Source: Octopus bimaculoides (lineage: Eukaryota). From it: a stretch of 37,342 bases of DNA. The notes beneath the pieces were generated by a model, which was not told the origin of the DNA, did no database searches, and saw only the letters and a list, made by a program, of their open reading frames with translations. A program made the position numbers and the translations under genes. The stretch covers positions 5,647,570-5,684,911 of the forward strand of contig NC_068986.1 of the NCBI RefSeq assembly GCF_001194135.2, read 5' to 3'. Shown here piece by piece: positions 11,014-22,831 of the stretch (within the stretch, counting starts at the first letter, position 1; each line of letters begins with the position of its first letter).

Positions 11014-11204
11014 TTAACCCTTTAGCATTTGAATTGGTCATATCCAGCCCAAATATTTTATCTGTTTCATGTTCAAACTAACCAGATCCAGCCCCTCACA
11101 CCTACCTTACAATGTTATTCTAAAAATATATAATCTTGAAGTTATGAGATAATACGTGGTTAACTCAAAACAATGGGAATAGATAAATGGAATGTTAAAG
11201 GAAA
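11014..11204 (+). mobile_element. TTAA-flanked MITE family B
   Basis: TTAACCCTTTAGCATTTGAATTGGTCATATCCAGCCCAAATATT..; right end decayed (AATGTTAAAGG). Confidence 0.75.
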
Positions 11205-11429
11205 ATACTAAATGTAAAATATGTGGTTTCAAAACCTAACTTATATTGTACAAATCATTTTAAAATAGATCTATTAAATAAGAATATATTTCTGGTTGGA
11301 ATGCTATCATTGCTCCTTGCAATCATTTCATATTTCTGTATTATCTCAACATTCTGTATTACATCATCGTTCATCATTTTCTTATGCATTTTTATAGACA
11401 TGTAATTCTTTTTCCTATTTTTTATCCAG

Positions 11430-11481
11430 AATCCTTATGCGACCACTTTTATTTGAACATTTAGAAAAACGAGGCATTCAA
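11430..11481 (+). CDS. GDPD1: GDPD1 exon (52 nt)
   Basis: tttatccag|...|gtaatt; encodes (I)ILMRPLLFEHLEKRGIQ (vertebrate LLMRKALFDHLTARGIQ). Confidence 0.95.
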
Positions 11482-11662
11482 GTAATTTATTTTATTATTT
11501 CTCTTTTTAAAGTCCATGTAATTGTTGTTGTACATGAATCCATTACCTTGTTAGTGATTTTATGTTGCTTTAGAGACCTTATTTTACGAATTTCATCATG
11601 TCATTTCTTTTAGTTGTTATTCTCTAACACCAAATCAGTTCTAATCAGGCAGAGCTATGATA

Positions 11663-11770
11663 ATGTATATATATATATATATATATGGTTTTTAATTATA
11701 TATACATTTTAATATTTTAACCCTTTAGCATTTGAACTGGTCATATCCAGCCCAAGTATTTTATCTGTTT
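11663..11770 (+). repeat. Local direct duplicate of about 10960-11067 ((TA)n + unique flank + MITE left end)
   Basis: 11687-11770 matches 10984-11067 at 82 of 84 nt (offset 703), including 30 nt of non-MITE flank. Confidence 0.9.
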
Positions 11771-13560
11771 TATACTGTTCCTGCTATGACCATTTCATGT
11801 TTTTTTTTGTATATCTTGGATTACATTGTCTAATGTATCTTTCATTATTTAAGATGGTAGGTCATGTAGATTTAACTGCTATAGCTTGCAAGTCAAGTAA
11901 CTGTATAGTGGCTTTGTTGTCCTTTAGTATGTTTTTAATGATTGATCTCATTCTCTCGTGAGGTTTGAATCTCTTCATAGATTTCCTGCAACTCTTTCAT
12001 TCAGCCCAATAAATACCACTGCATACTGTGTGGCTGGCTTATTTATGCTAGGTGTAGATTCATCTGACCACCTGGCCACTTAAGGGTTGGAGAGATTATT
12101 CTTGTTGTTGGGTGATTAGTGCTGATCATTGGCACCTAGGTGGAATGTGATCTCAGAATGCAGAGGGGTAGAATAGATACCAAGGAAGCTTGTCAGACAC
12201 TCTAACAATGCTGCCTGTCCACTCTCTTGACTGGTACTTTATTTATTTACACTGAAAGAATGAAAAGCAAAGTTAACCTTGATGGAGTTTAAACTCAGAG
12301 TGCAGAAGGCTGAAATAAATACTGCAAGTTATTCTAATGACTTTTGCCAATTCAATAACAATTTAAAACAAGTTCAAGTAATGAACTTTAGTTACTGATT
12401 TTAATTCTTTCCTTTCAAGTTAGATATGAAAGTTCATTCCATACTAAGCAACATGACTAGCAGAGTAATTAGATTGGATTGTGTGTGAAAGGCTCCTGTT
12501 TTTAACTGTTTCTATAAGTTATTTTCAGTTTGTTTTTACTGGTTTTAACCTAAGAGAAACATTAAAAAAAACTTGCAGGATTCTTGAAAATAATACTTAT
12601 TGTGAATTTTCATTAAATTTTCCTGGCATGTTTTATGTCTAACGATGCATTATTAATGCAAGTCTATTTTGGGCTTTTCCTTTTTATGATTGAGATTTTA
12701 TCTCTTCATGCATGAGATAAGAACAAATAACTCAGTTTTAACTAAGTCAGTAAAATATTTTTATTTGGTTTTGGGATTAAATTTTTCAGTGGTTTTAAAT
12801 TATAGAAAGGTATGTATTTAGTGAATACCAAATTGAGTTATGCTAGGGATCTTTTAATTAATTGTCGGTTTGTATATCGTCGTTGATTGTTAGAGAAAGG
12901 TAGTGAAATACTGTTGGAATCCCAATGAACTCTGAAACCAGTCCAAGTGACACCTCGATTTCTGTTCATGGTAAAATTGTATAAAAATGCTAGTTATTCC
13001 TTAATTTACACATGTGATGTTAGCTGAAATCTAGATTTCTTCTGCAGTAGTGTAAAGCATGTATATTTTTATATACATGGGATTATTTGTACCTTTACAT
13101 GATAGTGTTTGGATTTTGCACCAGTTAAACAGAAAGGAAAATGCAACATCATCAGTGTTAAGATGAGGGACTTGGAGGAGCTTCTAAACAAGTTTGACTT
13201 AAACATGATGCACACACAATGTGCATGCAGTTTCAAAAACAGTAAAAAGATTAATCGTTTCTGAAATATTTAGAGTGGTCATGGGTAAGCTGTGACCCAC
13301 AGGACTCTCTGAATGGCATGCCTAATAGAAGTTACCTGATGATGAACCATGCTTCATGTGGCACACTTCTTGAAAAAGACTCCCTATTTCTGATTTAGGG
13401 AAATTAAATAATGTTTAAAAGCTTTCATTTTTCACACATTAAAAGTCACTTATTGATTTTTTTGTATTTTTTTTTAATATATATTTTAAATATTTTCCAT
13501 ACACGTTTTTGCTTATTCAACTTGTGTGTTCAAATATATATATGTTTTGGTTTACTGCAG

Positions 13561-13695
13561 GTATATCTCTGGGTGTTAAACGACGATGATGAATTTGCCA
13601 AAGGTTTTAAACATGGTGCCACTGGAATCATGACAGATTACCCTACAAAACTAGGAGATTTTATAGAGAAAAATCCTCACTTTTTCAAACGATAA
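13561..13695 (+). CDS. GDPD1: GDPD1 terminal coding exon
   Basis: ttactgcag|; encodes VYLWVLNDDDEFAKGFKHGATGIMTDYPTKLGDFIEKNPHFFKR* (GDPD C-terminal V..W..N..G..G..TDYP motif). The 8 exons total 778 nt in frame. Confidence 0.96.
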   Translation, partial: VYLWVLNDDDEFAKGFKHGATGIMTDYPTKLGDFIEKNPHFFKR

Positions 13696-14635
13696 ATCTT
13701 GTATCAACAGTTTTATTGTGCAATCAACTAAATTTTGATTTCTACATAGATAGCAAACCATCTTTGTGTTGAAAGTTCTTCACTTACTTCTCTAATTCAT
13801 TATTACCCAGTGATATTATTTTCCTCCTGCTTTCTCATATTTTCTTACTATTTCTGTTTTCTTCTGAAATTCTCTTTTTTCCCCATCTCTCTCTCTCTAA
13901 CACATAACTGCAAATGAACAGAATCAAAGTCAACAAAAAATCTTTCGTTATTAGCTTCTTAGACTCTGTCTTGAGTTGTTGCTAAAACTAATAGAAATCT
14001 AGTCATTATTATCTATATATATTTATTATTTTCCCTGTATCATCTATTTAGTCTCTACTCCTTCATCTTCTATCTTACATACTTAGGTTCTTGATATGTT
14101 GTGTGTCAGTTGCTATGAAGATATTGTAAACTGTATACTTGACCTCAAACTCAGACCAAATTTAATAGAATTACATTTTGATGATGATACTACTGCTATC
14201 AATGTTATGAACCCTGGAAAGTTCTAAAAATTCTCCCTTTCTTTTTGTTAATTGTGAAGTTGGTGCTAGAAACAAAATCCTTGACTACAAATGTTAAACT
14301 ATTAATTCAGTATGTTTTTAAAGTGAAATCACAACTGTTTAAATTATTGAATTATTGTATTGTAATATAATTTGATTTGAGATAAAAAGAAAAAGAAACA
14401 CACACAATGAACAAAACAAAACAATTGACTGGACATTTTTTTCCTCTACATCAGTGCCCATGGACTTTGGTCTAACCTTGAGTCTGACTACCACTACTAA
14501 CACAATTTACAACTCTTATTTCTTTCTGAGACACAAATCTCTCGTTCTCTGTGTGATTCATGTCAGCTGTCAAGAATACACTCTCAAGTCTAACTTTCAG
14601 ATTGGTGGTATATATATGCTCACCTGACTAAAAGC

Positions 14636-14641
14636 AATAAA
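14636..14641 (+). promoter_or_regulatory. Candidate GDPD1 poly(A) signal AATAAA
   Basis: First canonical hexamer I found after the stop codon (~940 nt downstream); no transcript evidence. Confidence 0.3.
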
Positions 14642-14749
14642 AGATTCTAATTATTCTGATTAAAAAAAAAACAAAACAAAACAAAAAAAAAAAACTATCT
14701 TTTCTATCTCTCTAAAACCCTCAAATAGCTAACATTTGTTTAACTCTCT

Positions 14750-14826
14750 TTCAAGTTTCGAACCATTGCAATCTTCATGTGAGAACAGGCTTTTCACATG
14801 AAGATCGCAGTAGTATGAAATTTGAG
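14750..14826. other. 77-nt gap-free hairpin (36-bp stem, 5-nt loop)
   Basis: 14750-14785 pairs with 14791-14826; on the + strand 28 Watson-Crick pairs, 5 G-U pairs and 3 mismatches; loop CAGGC. Confidence 0.85.
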
Positions 14827-15539
14827 TCATGAAATAATTATTCAGTTTAAATAGACAAACTACATGTATGATTCTCTCTTGAAAATATCTATTTAATTTC
14901 ACCTGAAGCCATTATTTATTTTGGGTTGATTTCAATACTCAAAATTCCACTAAAGCTTGCACACTCCAACACTACTGGTGCAGAGACCAAATCATTTTCC
15001 TTCTTGATCTGACTGAATCAGTTATTTTCCTCATCTACACATATCTCAGCCTCTCCAAGCACCCTTGAACTCTTTCTCTTCTCTAGATTTAGCTTTTTCC
15101 TAACTATCTCTACCTTTGCCCTTATGAGATTCAGTCTCGTTAAGACAACCTATTTTATATCATTCTTGTACACAACAACCCATGCTTATGGTATTTAAAT
15201 CAGCTAGCTGGTTGAAACTCTGCCATTCTCTGCTGATTATTCTAGTAGCAGATGTTTAATCTCTACCCCCATGTAAGCAGGTGACCTGTACAGCTCTTTA
15301 AATTTGCTCTAATGAGCCACTCTTTGAACCACATTCCATTCCACACATGTACTGTTTCATCAGCAGATAATTTGAAAATATCCTCCTGTAGAGACAACCC
15401 ATTCTGCTTCAACAGCTCTAAAAGTCAATCACTACATATGTTGAGTTAAGAGTCTTGTATTACATGCTTCTTCTAATATACTGCTAAAAATCATCAAAGT
15501 CGTGACAAATGTCAGGCTTGCAATCCTCTTGAGGCAATC

Positions 15540-16090
15540 TCACATATATAACAATGCTAAAACTGACTGCATCCACTGCATTGGTTGGCTATAACTGCTT
15601 CAACATAGCATTTCACCTCTTGTTACAATTTTGTATCATATCTTTCATAAGATTCAGCATTTTGAGATTAGCTTTCATTACATCCTTTATCTTTTTCTAC
15701 AGGCTCCTTCCAACTAGAATGCTTGAGCCTTCTTTACCAAACTGTCAGCCTCCATACACATCACAATGTCCTTACCAGCACAGGTTTCTTTCTTGTACAC
15801 TACAACTGATTTCTCTAATTCCCATTTCCTCTCTCAGGACACATGCACTTCATCATTCAGGTCCACTAACATCACACATCTAGCCTTCACATTCATTGCC
15901 CATGTCTTGCTATCATACAGCATTACACTTCACATATCAACATCATATAATCTGCCTTTCAGTCAATGAGAGAAACCTTTTATTGCCAATGGAGGTAATA
16001 ATTACTTGAATCTTTTTTCACAATATCTAAAACACCTACCTCTACTGCTGATTAGGTCAGCTGGGTAGTAGAGACTATGAACTACATCTA
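15540..16090 (-). mobile_element. Old, heavily decayed RTE LINE ORF2 3' region
   Basis: Broken - strand translation includes LLPPLAIKGFSH, LKGRLYDV, VMLYDSKTWAMNVK, LREEMGIREISCSVQERNLCW*GH and VMKANLKMLNLMKDM, colinear with the RTE copy at 32166-33538. Confidence 0.7.
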
Positions 16091-18159
16091 GTAAACCTCC
16101 TGGTTGTCATCTACCTTTGCACTTCTTTTTACTATAAACCTACAAACTCTCGTTCTTGTTTCAATTTTTCTTCTTTACATCACATTCCCAACCTGTCAAA
16201 GAATCTTCCCTATATCAAGCCCAAGATATCAACTAGTCAATTGCACTTGTACTATGCCTAGTTACCAGATTATTCCCCTCCTCATCCTCTACCCTGCGAC
16301 CTACCTACTTCAGAACATTATTATCAATTTCAGCCTTTTTTCACTTATACTCCACAATCAATCCAATCTTTCTCAAGCCTCTTCTCATCTCCTTCAAAAG
16401 AGATACAAGTGTATTAGCCTTCTGCTCAGAAGTTCCCTTATTCATAGTCACTCCCAACTTGGATTATCCACTTGTTCCAGCCCCCGGTGTTGTGCATGCC
16501 TCTTCATCATCTAAATCATACTCCTACTAGACCACAAAATCTACAATCAATATGACTAACCACTTCAATCTAATATGCTGTATAGTATGCTAATTTTGCA
16601 ATGTATTGTACACAGACAAGATGGGACACTGATTGGATGGCCTATTCTGTGAGCATTTCCTGTATATCTATAACATCATCCAAGGCTTCTTCAGATCTGT
16701 AGTCCATTACTTTATGTTGGTAAACCACTCTTACTGACCACCTATCTGTCTGTGGTGGTCTCTAACAAAGTGTCTCTTCTTCAGCCTAGGAACTTCTGTT
16801 CTACAAGGCATGAACTTACATCTCAATCTTCTATAATTTTTTGCTTTCCAGCCCACTATTTTTGTTATATCTACCTTCATTGTTTGTCTCCTTTTTCCCC
16901 ATTTAAGGATGTTCTGGATCTATACTTTATCAATTCTTTGGGTGTATGTAAGTTTGAATGCCTATACTCATATGTACTTGTATTTGGATGTGTGTTTGCA
17001 TAAATATTTGCATGCATGTGTCAATGAGGGCATTTATGAGTATGTTTACTGTTAATTTGGCTTAACTAAATTTAGAATCTTCTTGGGCTCCCTTGTACCT
17101 ACAGCTCAAGGGAAAACCTTTACTATGCTTGACACTAGTGTTTTTAACCTTCCCACTCCAATTCATAGCTTCTTCCTCTTCTTTTACTACCTCTATCTGG
17201 CATTTCCCCCCTTCCATGAGTGCCTTTTTCTAAAATATTTTTCAACTATCTTTGCATATATTGTTGCTCTGTTTCCCACTTCTCTCACCTGCCATCCCCC
17301 ACTTTGCATTTGGACCTCACTCCTGCTTAGCTTGAAGCAATGGCTCTTTCTAAGTTTCCTTTCCGATTCTAGCTTTCTCTCGCATTATTCACCTCACTCT
17401 CTCTTACCTATTCTCTTTTTCACTCTCTATCATCATTTCCTTGCCTACCTCTAAAGTAACATCACCACATTCTCTCTCTCTCTCTCATGATAAGATTCCA
17501 AATCATTAGGTTCTTCATTCCTCACGGTAACTGAACTAACCAAACTCTCTTTCATTTGGACTAATTGTTACCAATACTGCGGACCATCAGTTTCTTCAGA
17601 TTCAAGATTTTACCTCCTGGGCATTTTCATATATATGACATGTCAGCTGATATAAACTAGAACCCTGTACAAATAGCTGATTTATGATCGAGAGGGTAGC
17701 AACTCAGATTACCTTAAAAAGAAACATGAAATAATAAACGAAAGTAGTGTTAGAAATATTGTTTTGAAAATGTCACCTACTTGGGACTAGTGCTCTTTTA
17801 ATTTCACCTTTTTGAGATTGAAAACAGTTCTGTGTTAATGATATGACTCTCTTCCCTGTCAATTACTGGATTTCTAATAACCATATTAACCTGGATAATT
17901 ATTCTACTATTGCAATAATAATGACCTTAAACGAACAAAGTGCATTTATTTTGTAGTATAAATTATTGCTGTTGTGATTTACTATTTGTAATTAATTCAT
18001 TCTTTCCTTTTCTTGGAATCATACTGACTTGAAATGTCAATTGATTAAATTCTGTTGGTATCATTTTTCAACAAATTGAAGTGTGAACGAGTCAATAGTC
18101 ATGGAATGCCTGGTATGAGTTCACTTTAGGTATGTACTTCTAGAGGAGTTCAGTCAACA

Positions 18160-18350
18160 GGAGAGCCTCTAATGTAGTCTTGACCTGCTAGAAATAGCAG
18201 TCAAATTCCATCAAATTATATCCTGCCATCTTTAAAAAGAGAGAGATACATTGGCAAATATAGTCTGGAATATATAAAACAGTAGGGTGGTCAGAGCCAA
18301 AATGCTTTTGGTTGTAGATCTGCCTTACAAAAGTTGATCTGGAGTCAAAA
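18160..18350. repeat. Dispersed repeat (GACCTGCTAGAAATAGCAG family)
   Basis: Reverse complement of the motif at 4530-4645 and 11620-11900. Confidence 0.55.
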
Positions 18351-20869
18351 CAACTCTATAGAGAAGTGCTTTAATTTAAAATTTAAAAAAAAAGTATTTT
18401 CTAATTAAAAGTGAGTCACTAAATTACATGCATCAAAAGATTCAACTCTTTTGATACCAGCCTGCTGGAGGCCACCTGTTTTAAAATACAAAACTGCCCG
18501 TTTTGAAGTGCTTAAAATTAAAGTTAAAATTTCCTATTATAATTTTATGTAAAAAAAATCCTTTTAAGTTATATTCCAGATATCAGATTAAAATGGAGTT
18601 ATTTTACTAAATCCTGCCAAATTCTTTGTTGTTCAAAATTAATTGAAGTATTGCCTAAGAATATATAGTCACAGGAGGATTAAAATGATTGAATCATGCC
18701 ATATTATTTTCTTGTAATGTCTTGTTTCCAATATGGTTTATAAAAGGTTAGATTTTTTTCTCCGTCAAATTTACAATGTGATAGCCCCTGTTTGTCTACA
18801 ATTTGTGAATGTTTACTTCAGGTGAAAGTGTTTTTTGTTCTTTGAAATAGAAACAAATCATTACAATTGAAATTACTTATTAAAAATCACATATAATCAA
18901 TCTCTAATCAGGTTTTCAGTATATCCTCATTATTTACCCTAATATTTTGGGGTTTCATAAAAAGTAATTTTTGTTGAAAGTGAATATTTCTATAATTTAT
19001 TTAGGAAAGACATCAAACACCTAAGAAGCTGACTCATCAGTAACATTCTATTTTGTGTTTATAAACCATCCTTCTGTTGTTTTAAGATGAAAGATCTATG
19101 TTTGGCATATGGTATGTTAATATTTTCGTCATAAAAGTCAAACTTCAATTGGTTAGTTATATGTAGGGACATCATTAGTTATATATTTCTGGTTTCAACT
19201 TAACATTGAGATTATAATTTGTAAAGTTAATCTGTTGTTTTTTTTTTTAATTAAAAAAAATTTCTTTACCAATAATCCTAAGAGGAAACATTACTGTATC
19301 CCTTTCTCTATGCATGACTGGGGAAGAATGTACCCTTGCTGCTTACAGTGGTGAATTGTACCTACCCATGCTACTTATTTAAAGATTGAGTCAGTGTAGG
19401 AGTTTTTACAGAGACACTCAACCCACTAGAAAAAGCAGCTAAATCATTATCTATTTTCCTTAAAAATGGATATATTGAAGAATGTAATCTCATGTACACT
19501 GTCTGGAAACAAAAACAGATAAGGTCATGACTAGAATGGTTCTGATTGTATGTCTGCTTGATAGCGATAACTTGAGGTTAAACAACAGCTCTCGTTCTAG
19601 AAAGCAGCCATCAGCAAAACTAAAACAGATAAAGCAAAAATAAGCCCATTCATAATAAACTATTTTCTCACTCCAACTCCACTCCCTGTCAGTTATTACA
19701 ATGGTTTTTACAAGGAAACCTCTACCCAATCACTGAATCTGGTAGAAATAGCTCCTGAAGCTTCCACAAATCATTTGCCTACTAATGTAGTCATAGATCT
19801 CATTGCCTGAAGAAGAAACGATAGGATGGTCATGAAATGCCTTTGATCATAAATCTGCTTAATCATGTTGGACTAAACAATAACTATTCACAAGTAGGGC
19901 AGAGTTCTATTGTCCGGGTCATGGCGACATCATAAACACTTTCAGAATGCTAGTGGATAGTTTAGGAACCTAATGATTCAACCAACCATAACTTAACCAT
20001 TTAACAATATTTCTACATTTACATTAAGATTAATTTATCACACAAAGAATTACAAAATGATAATGATTATGATCTCAATCTGATTTGTCTTCAAATAAAA
20101 AAATGAATGAAAATAACATAACAATTAAAAACAACTTGGCTTAGCTTAGTTTTTTTTAAATGTCCAACTAATATAACTTCATTTTTTTTTGCTGAAATAA
20201 TCTGCAGGGAAAAGAAAGAATATCTCGTTTCTAAAATGAAATAGCTGGAATTAAAAGTTAAACAGTCATGTCTCTTACTTAACTAATTTTAGTCGTTTTT
20301 TTTTTTTCTTTTATAACTTTGGAGTAGGCCAACTTTACTTAAAACATTAACATTTTGGGGAAATTCTTAGTAACAAAAAAATGTTTGGAAAACAAACGAA
20401 CCTTTGAGCTTTCAATTACTAAAATGTTGATAGATTTATATCCATTCTTACAAAAATAATGAAAAACAAAAAGAAACCTAGTCAAAATTTATTTTTCTGT
20501 CAAGAAATATTCTTATGTCTTTCAATGTTTGCCATAGTAATTATTATTTTTTTGCTCTATCCAGTAAGTAGAAACTGTAAGCAAAGAAAGAATTTGTGAA
20601 AAAAATCTACAAAAAGATACAGAATTTCTTAGAAATAAACTAATTTTTGAAACTGTCTTTATTTTGTTATTTATTTCATGAAATATTTTATTTTGAGGGT
20701 TACTGTAGAAAAGTTAAGATAGTGAACAAACCAAATTATGAATATGGTTTTGATTCTGTTTTTTTTTGGGGGGGGGGACATAAGTAATCTTGAGAAAGAC
20801 ATGACAGATACTATTTGCAAAGAACTCTTTCTCTGAAATTCAAACAGTTGAGTACTCAACTTTATGTAA

Positions 20870-21131
20870 CAGTCCCCTGAAGGGAATAATACTACTGTTG
20901 GTTAGACCTAGGAAGCTGCACCGCTTCCTGTCAGCCTTGACACATTTCCTGTGTCCTTATGTTTACAAGGGGGAGACAAACACCTCCACCCAGCTAAGTC
21001 TGCATCCAGAGACATGTTTCTGAGTCTTTGCTCGTCATCAGTGTGGACATAGGAAATGTGTCAAGGCCAACAGGAAGCAGTGCAGCTTCCTAGGTCTAAC
21101 TAACAGTAGTATTATTCCCTTCAGGGGACTG
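20870..21131. mobile_element. 262-bp foldback element with 87-bp inverted arms
   Basis: 20870-20956 versus the reverse complement of 21045-21131: 82 of 87 identical; 88-bp spacer; no clear TSD. Confidence 0.9.
21004..21048 (-). ncRNA. Candidate minimal type I hammerhead ribozyme (variant or decayed core)
   Basis: - strand reads GTCCACA CTGATGA C-GAG-CAAAGA-CTC-A GAAAC-AT-GTC TCTGGAT: both core boxes, stem II, palindromic stem III (ACATGT), GUC triplet, and stem I pairing at 6 of 7 positions. Deviations are C/A at the base of stem II and one C-C mismatch in stem I. Confidence 0.6.
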
Positions 21132-21439
21132 ACAGCATACAACTACTTCATTGTATCACTACTGCATAAATCTCTCTGAGAGATTTAGAAATGTATTATT
21201 TCTAAAAGCTAAGTACTCATTGACATATTTTGAGTCACATTTATGGGTGAGGGGGTGCTTTGTCAGTAAAAGTTGACCATGCATCTGCACATATATGCAG
21301 ACCTGGGCAATATTATTTGAGGTAGGCCAGCAGCCAGCAATTGCTCATGCATGCAAGTCTCCCTCCATCTCACTGATGTTTATCTGAAGAAAGGCTGCTA
21401 ACTTAGGAAACAGAAACCTGCATTGGATGCTAGAATTGC

Positions 21440-21800
21440 AGGTGGTGGTACAATAATGCACCAGCTCCAGCATTTGGTCCTCAGAGGAGGAGAGGTTAGT
21501 AAAAATGCCAAACTCACTATTTCCAGTTTCCTGCAGTCATGAATGCAGGGTAATGACCAAAAGAGTACAATTGTGAAGAAAAGCAGCCAAAATGAGGTTC
21601 CTCCAAAGAATCCCTGCACTAAAAATATGTGCATAGCTTGGAGATTAGGGAGTTTCCACCAATCAAGTCATTACTTCATGAGAGGTCACAGTTTCACTAC
21701 TCTGGAATGATACATGAAAGAATCACAAGACAACTTCTAGCTGAGCCACCTTGGGGTAGACCAAGAATGAAATGCTTGGATAATATCCATAGTCTTGCTT
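21440..21800 (+). mobile_element. Decayed RTE-type LINE ORF2 C-terminal fragment (different subfamily)
   Basis: Translation includes SHECRVMTKRVQL..AAKMRFLQRI (cf. YG.E.W.MT..R.QAAEMRFLRRI) and GRPRMKCLDNIHSLA. Confidence 0.6.
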
Positions 21801-21961
21801 AGAAATCCAGTTATAACTACTCTATCCACTTGCTACTTTCAATCAGTTTTGAACTAGTAGCACAAGACAGCTTGTTTATTTCATTGAATAATCTCCCAGT
21901 TAATCTACTTTTTTGTAGCATAAAGAGTTACACCTCTTAAGAGAAAAAAAGAATTGCTCTT

Positions 21962-22448
21962 CACAGGACAGATGAGAAAAGGCAAAGAAGAGACAAATGA
22001 TCATATATTACAGTTAAGATTGGACATGGTATAAAGAAGTGCTGATCACTTAAGGTGGAGGGAAGTTGTGGAATTGGGAGACCTAAGAAAACATGGGATG
22101 AAGTATTGAAGGCTGATCTGAAAATGCTGAACCTTACAAAGGAGATGACAGAGGATGGTGATATGTGGCACATTGTTGTACTCTAGAAGACCCATCCACC
22201 ACAACAGAATTGAGCTCCCAAAACCAAGGTGCTATGAAAGAGGCATTGGTGCTGGTGTCACATAAAAGGCATTAGTGATGATGCCATGTAAAAAGCACCT
22301 AATATACTGGAGTGGTTGGCTTTAGGAAGGGCATCTGGCCATAGAAGCCAAGTCAAAACAGACTATGGAACCTGGTGCAGCCTCTGGCCTTACCAGTTCA
22401 AGTCAAGCCATCCAATCCATGCCAGCATGGAAAACAAGTGTTCAACAT

Positions 22449-22479
<31 letters not shown>
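21962..22479 (+). mobile_element. RTE LINE 3' end (ORF2 C-terminus, 3'UTR, (ATG)n tail)
   Basis: EGSCGIGRPKKTWDEVLKADLKMLNLTKEMTEDGDMWHIVVL* followed by the shared tail module and (GAT)n. Confidence 0.85.
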
Positions 22480-22831
22480 ACAGGAGCTTCATGGAAACCA
22501 TTTCTTTGGACATGAAAAGGTTACCAGTTGCAGTGGTGGGTGCTAAAATAGATTAACCAATTTAAGTAACAGACAGAACCACTTTATGCGAGTTCTTTGC
22601 AGTTCATTAAAAGTGAATGTCTTACAGTAGTCAGAGCAATATTAAAAGACGAATGCATTTGAAACACAGTTTTAACCTTCTGAAAGATAAACCCTTTCAA
22701 GACTGTTCCGAGTTAATTGAAATTTTACTCCCTGTCTTTGAAGGCACTCAGCCAACAAACAACCTATTGACAGTGAAAATGATATCAATATCACTGCTCC
22801 TGGCTAAGCAATTTTCAAAGTGCTAACACAC

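Noticed and set aside
13339-13393. Possible intronic C/D-box snoRNA (ATGATGA ... CTGA) in the last GDPD1 intron
   Set aside because: Only 55 nt, no convincing terminal stem, only an 8-nt match (TCCCTATT) to a recalled 18S segment, 167 nt from the acceptor, and next to what looks like a decayed MITE head.
15554-17454. Several 67-136 aa L/S/F-rich + strand ORFs
   Set aside because: A by-product of pyrimidine-rich antisense LINE-derived sequence; no splice context or protein motifs.
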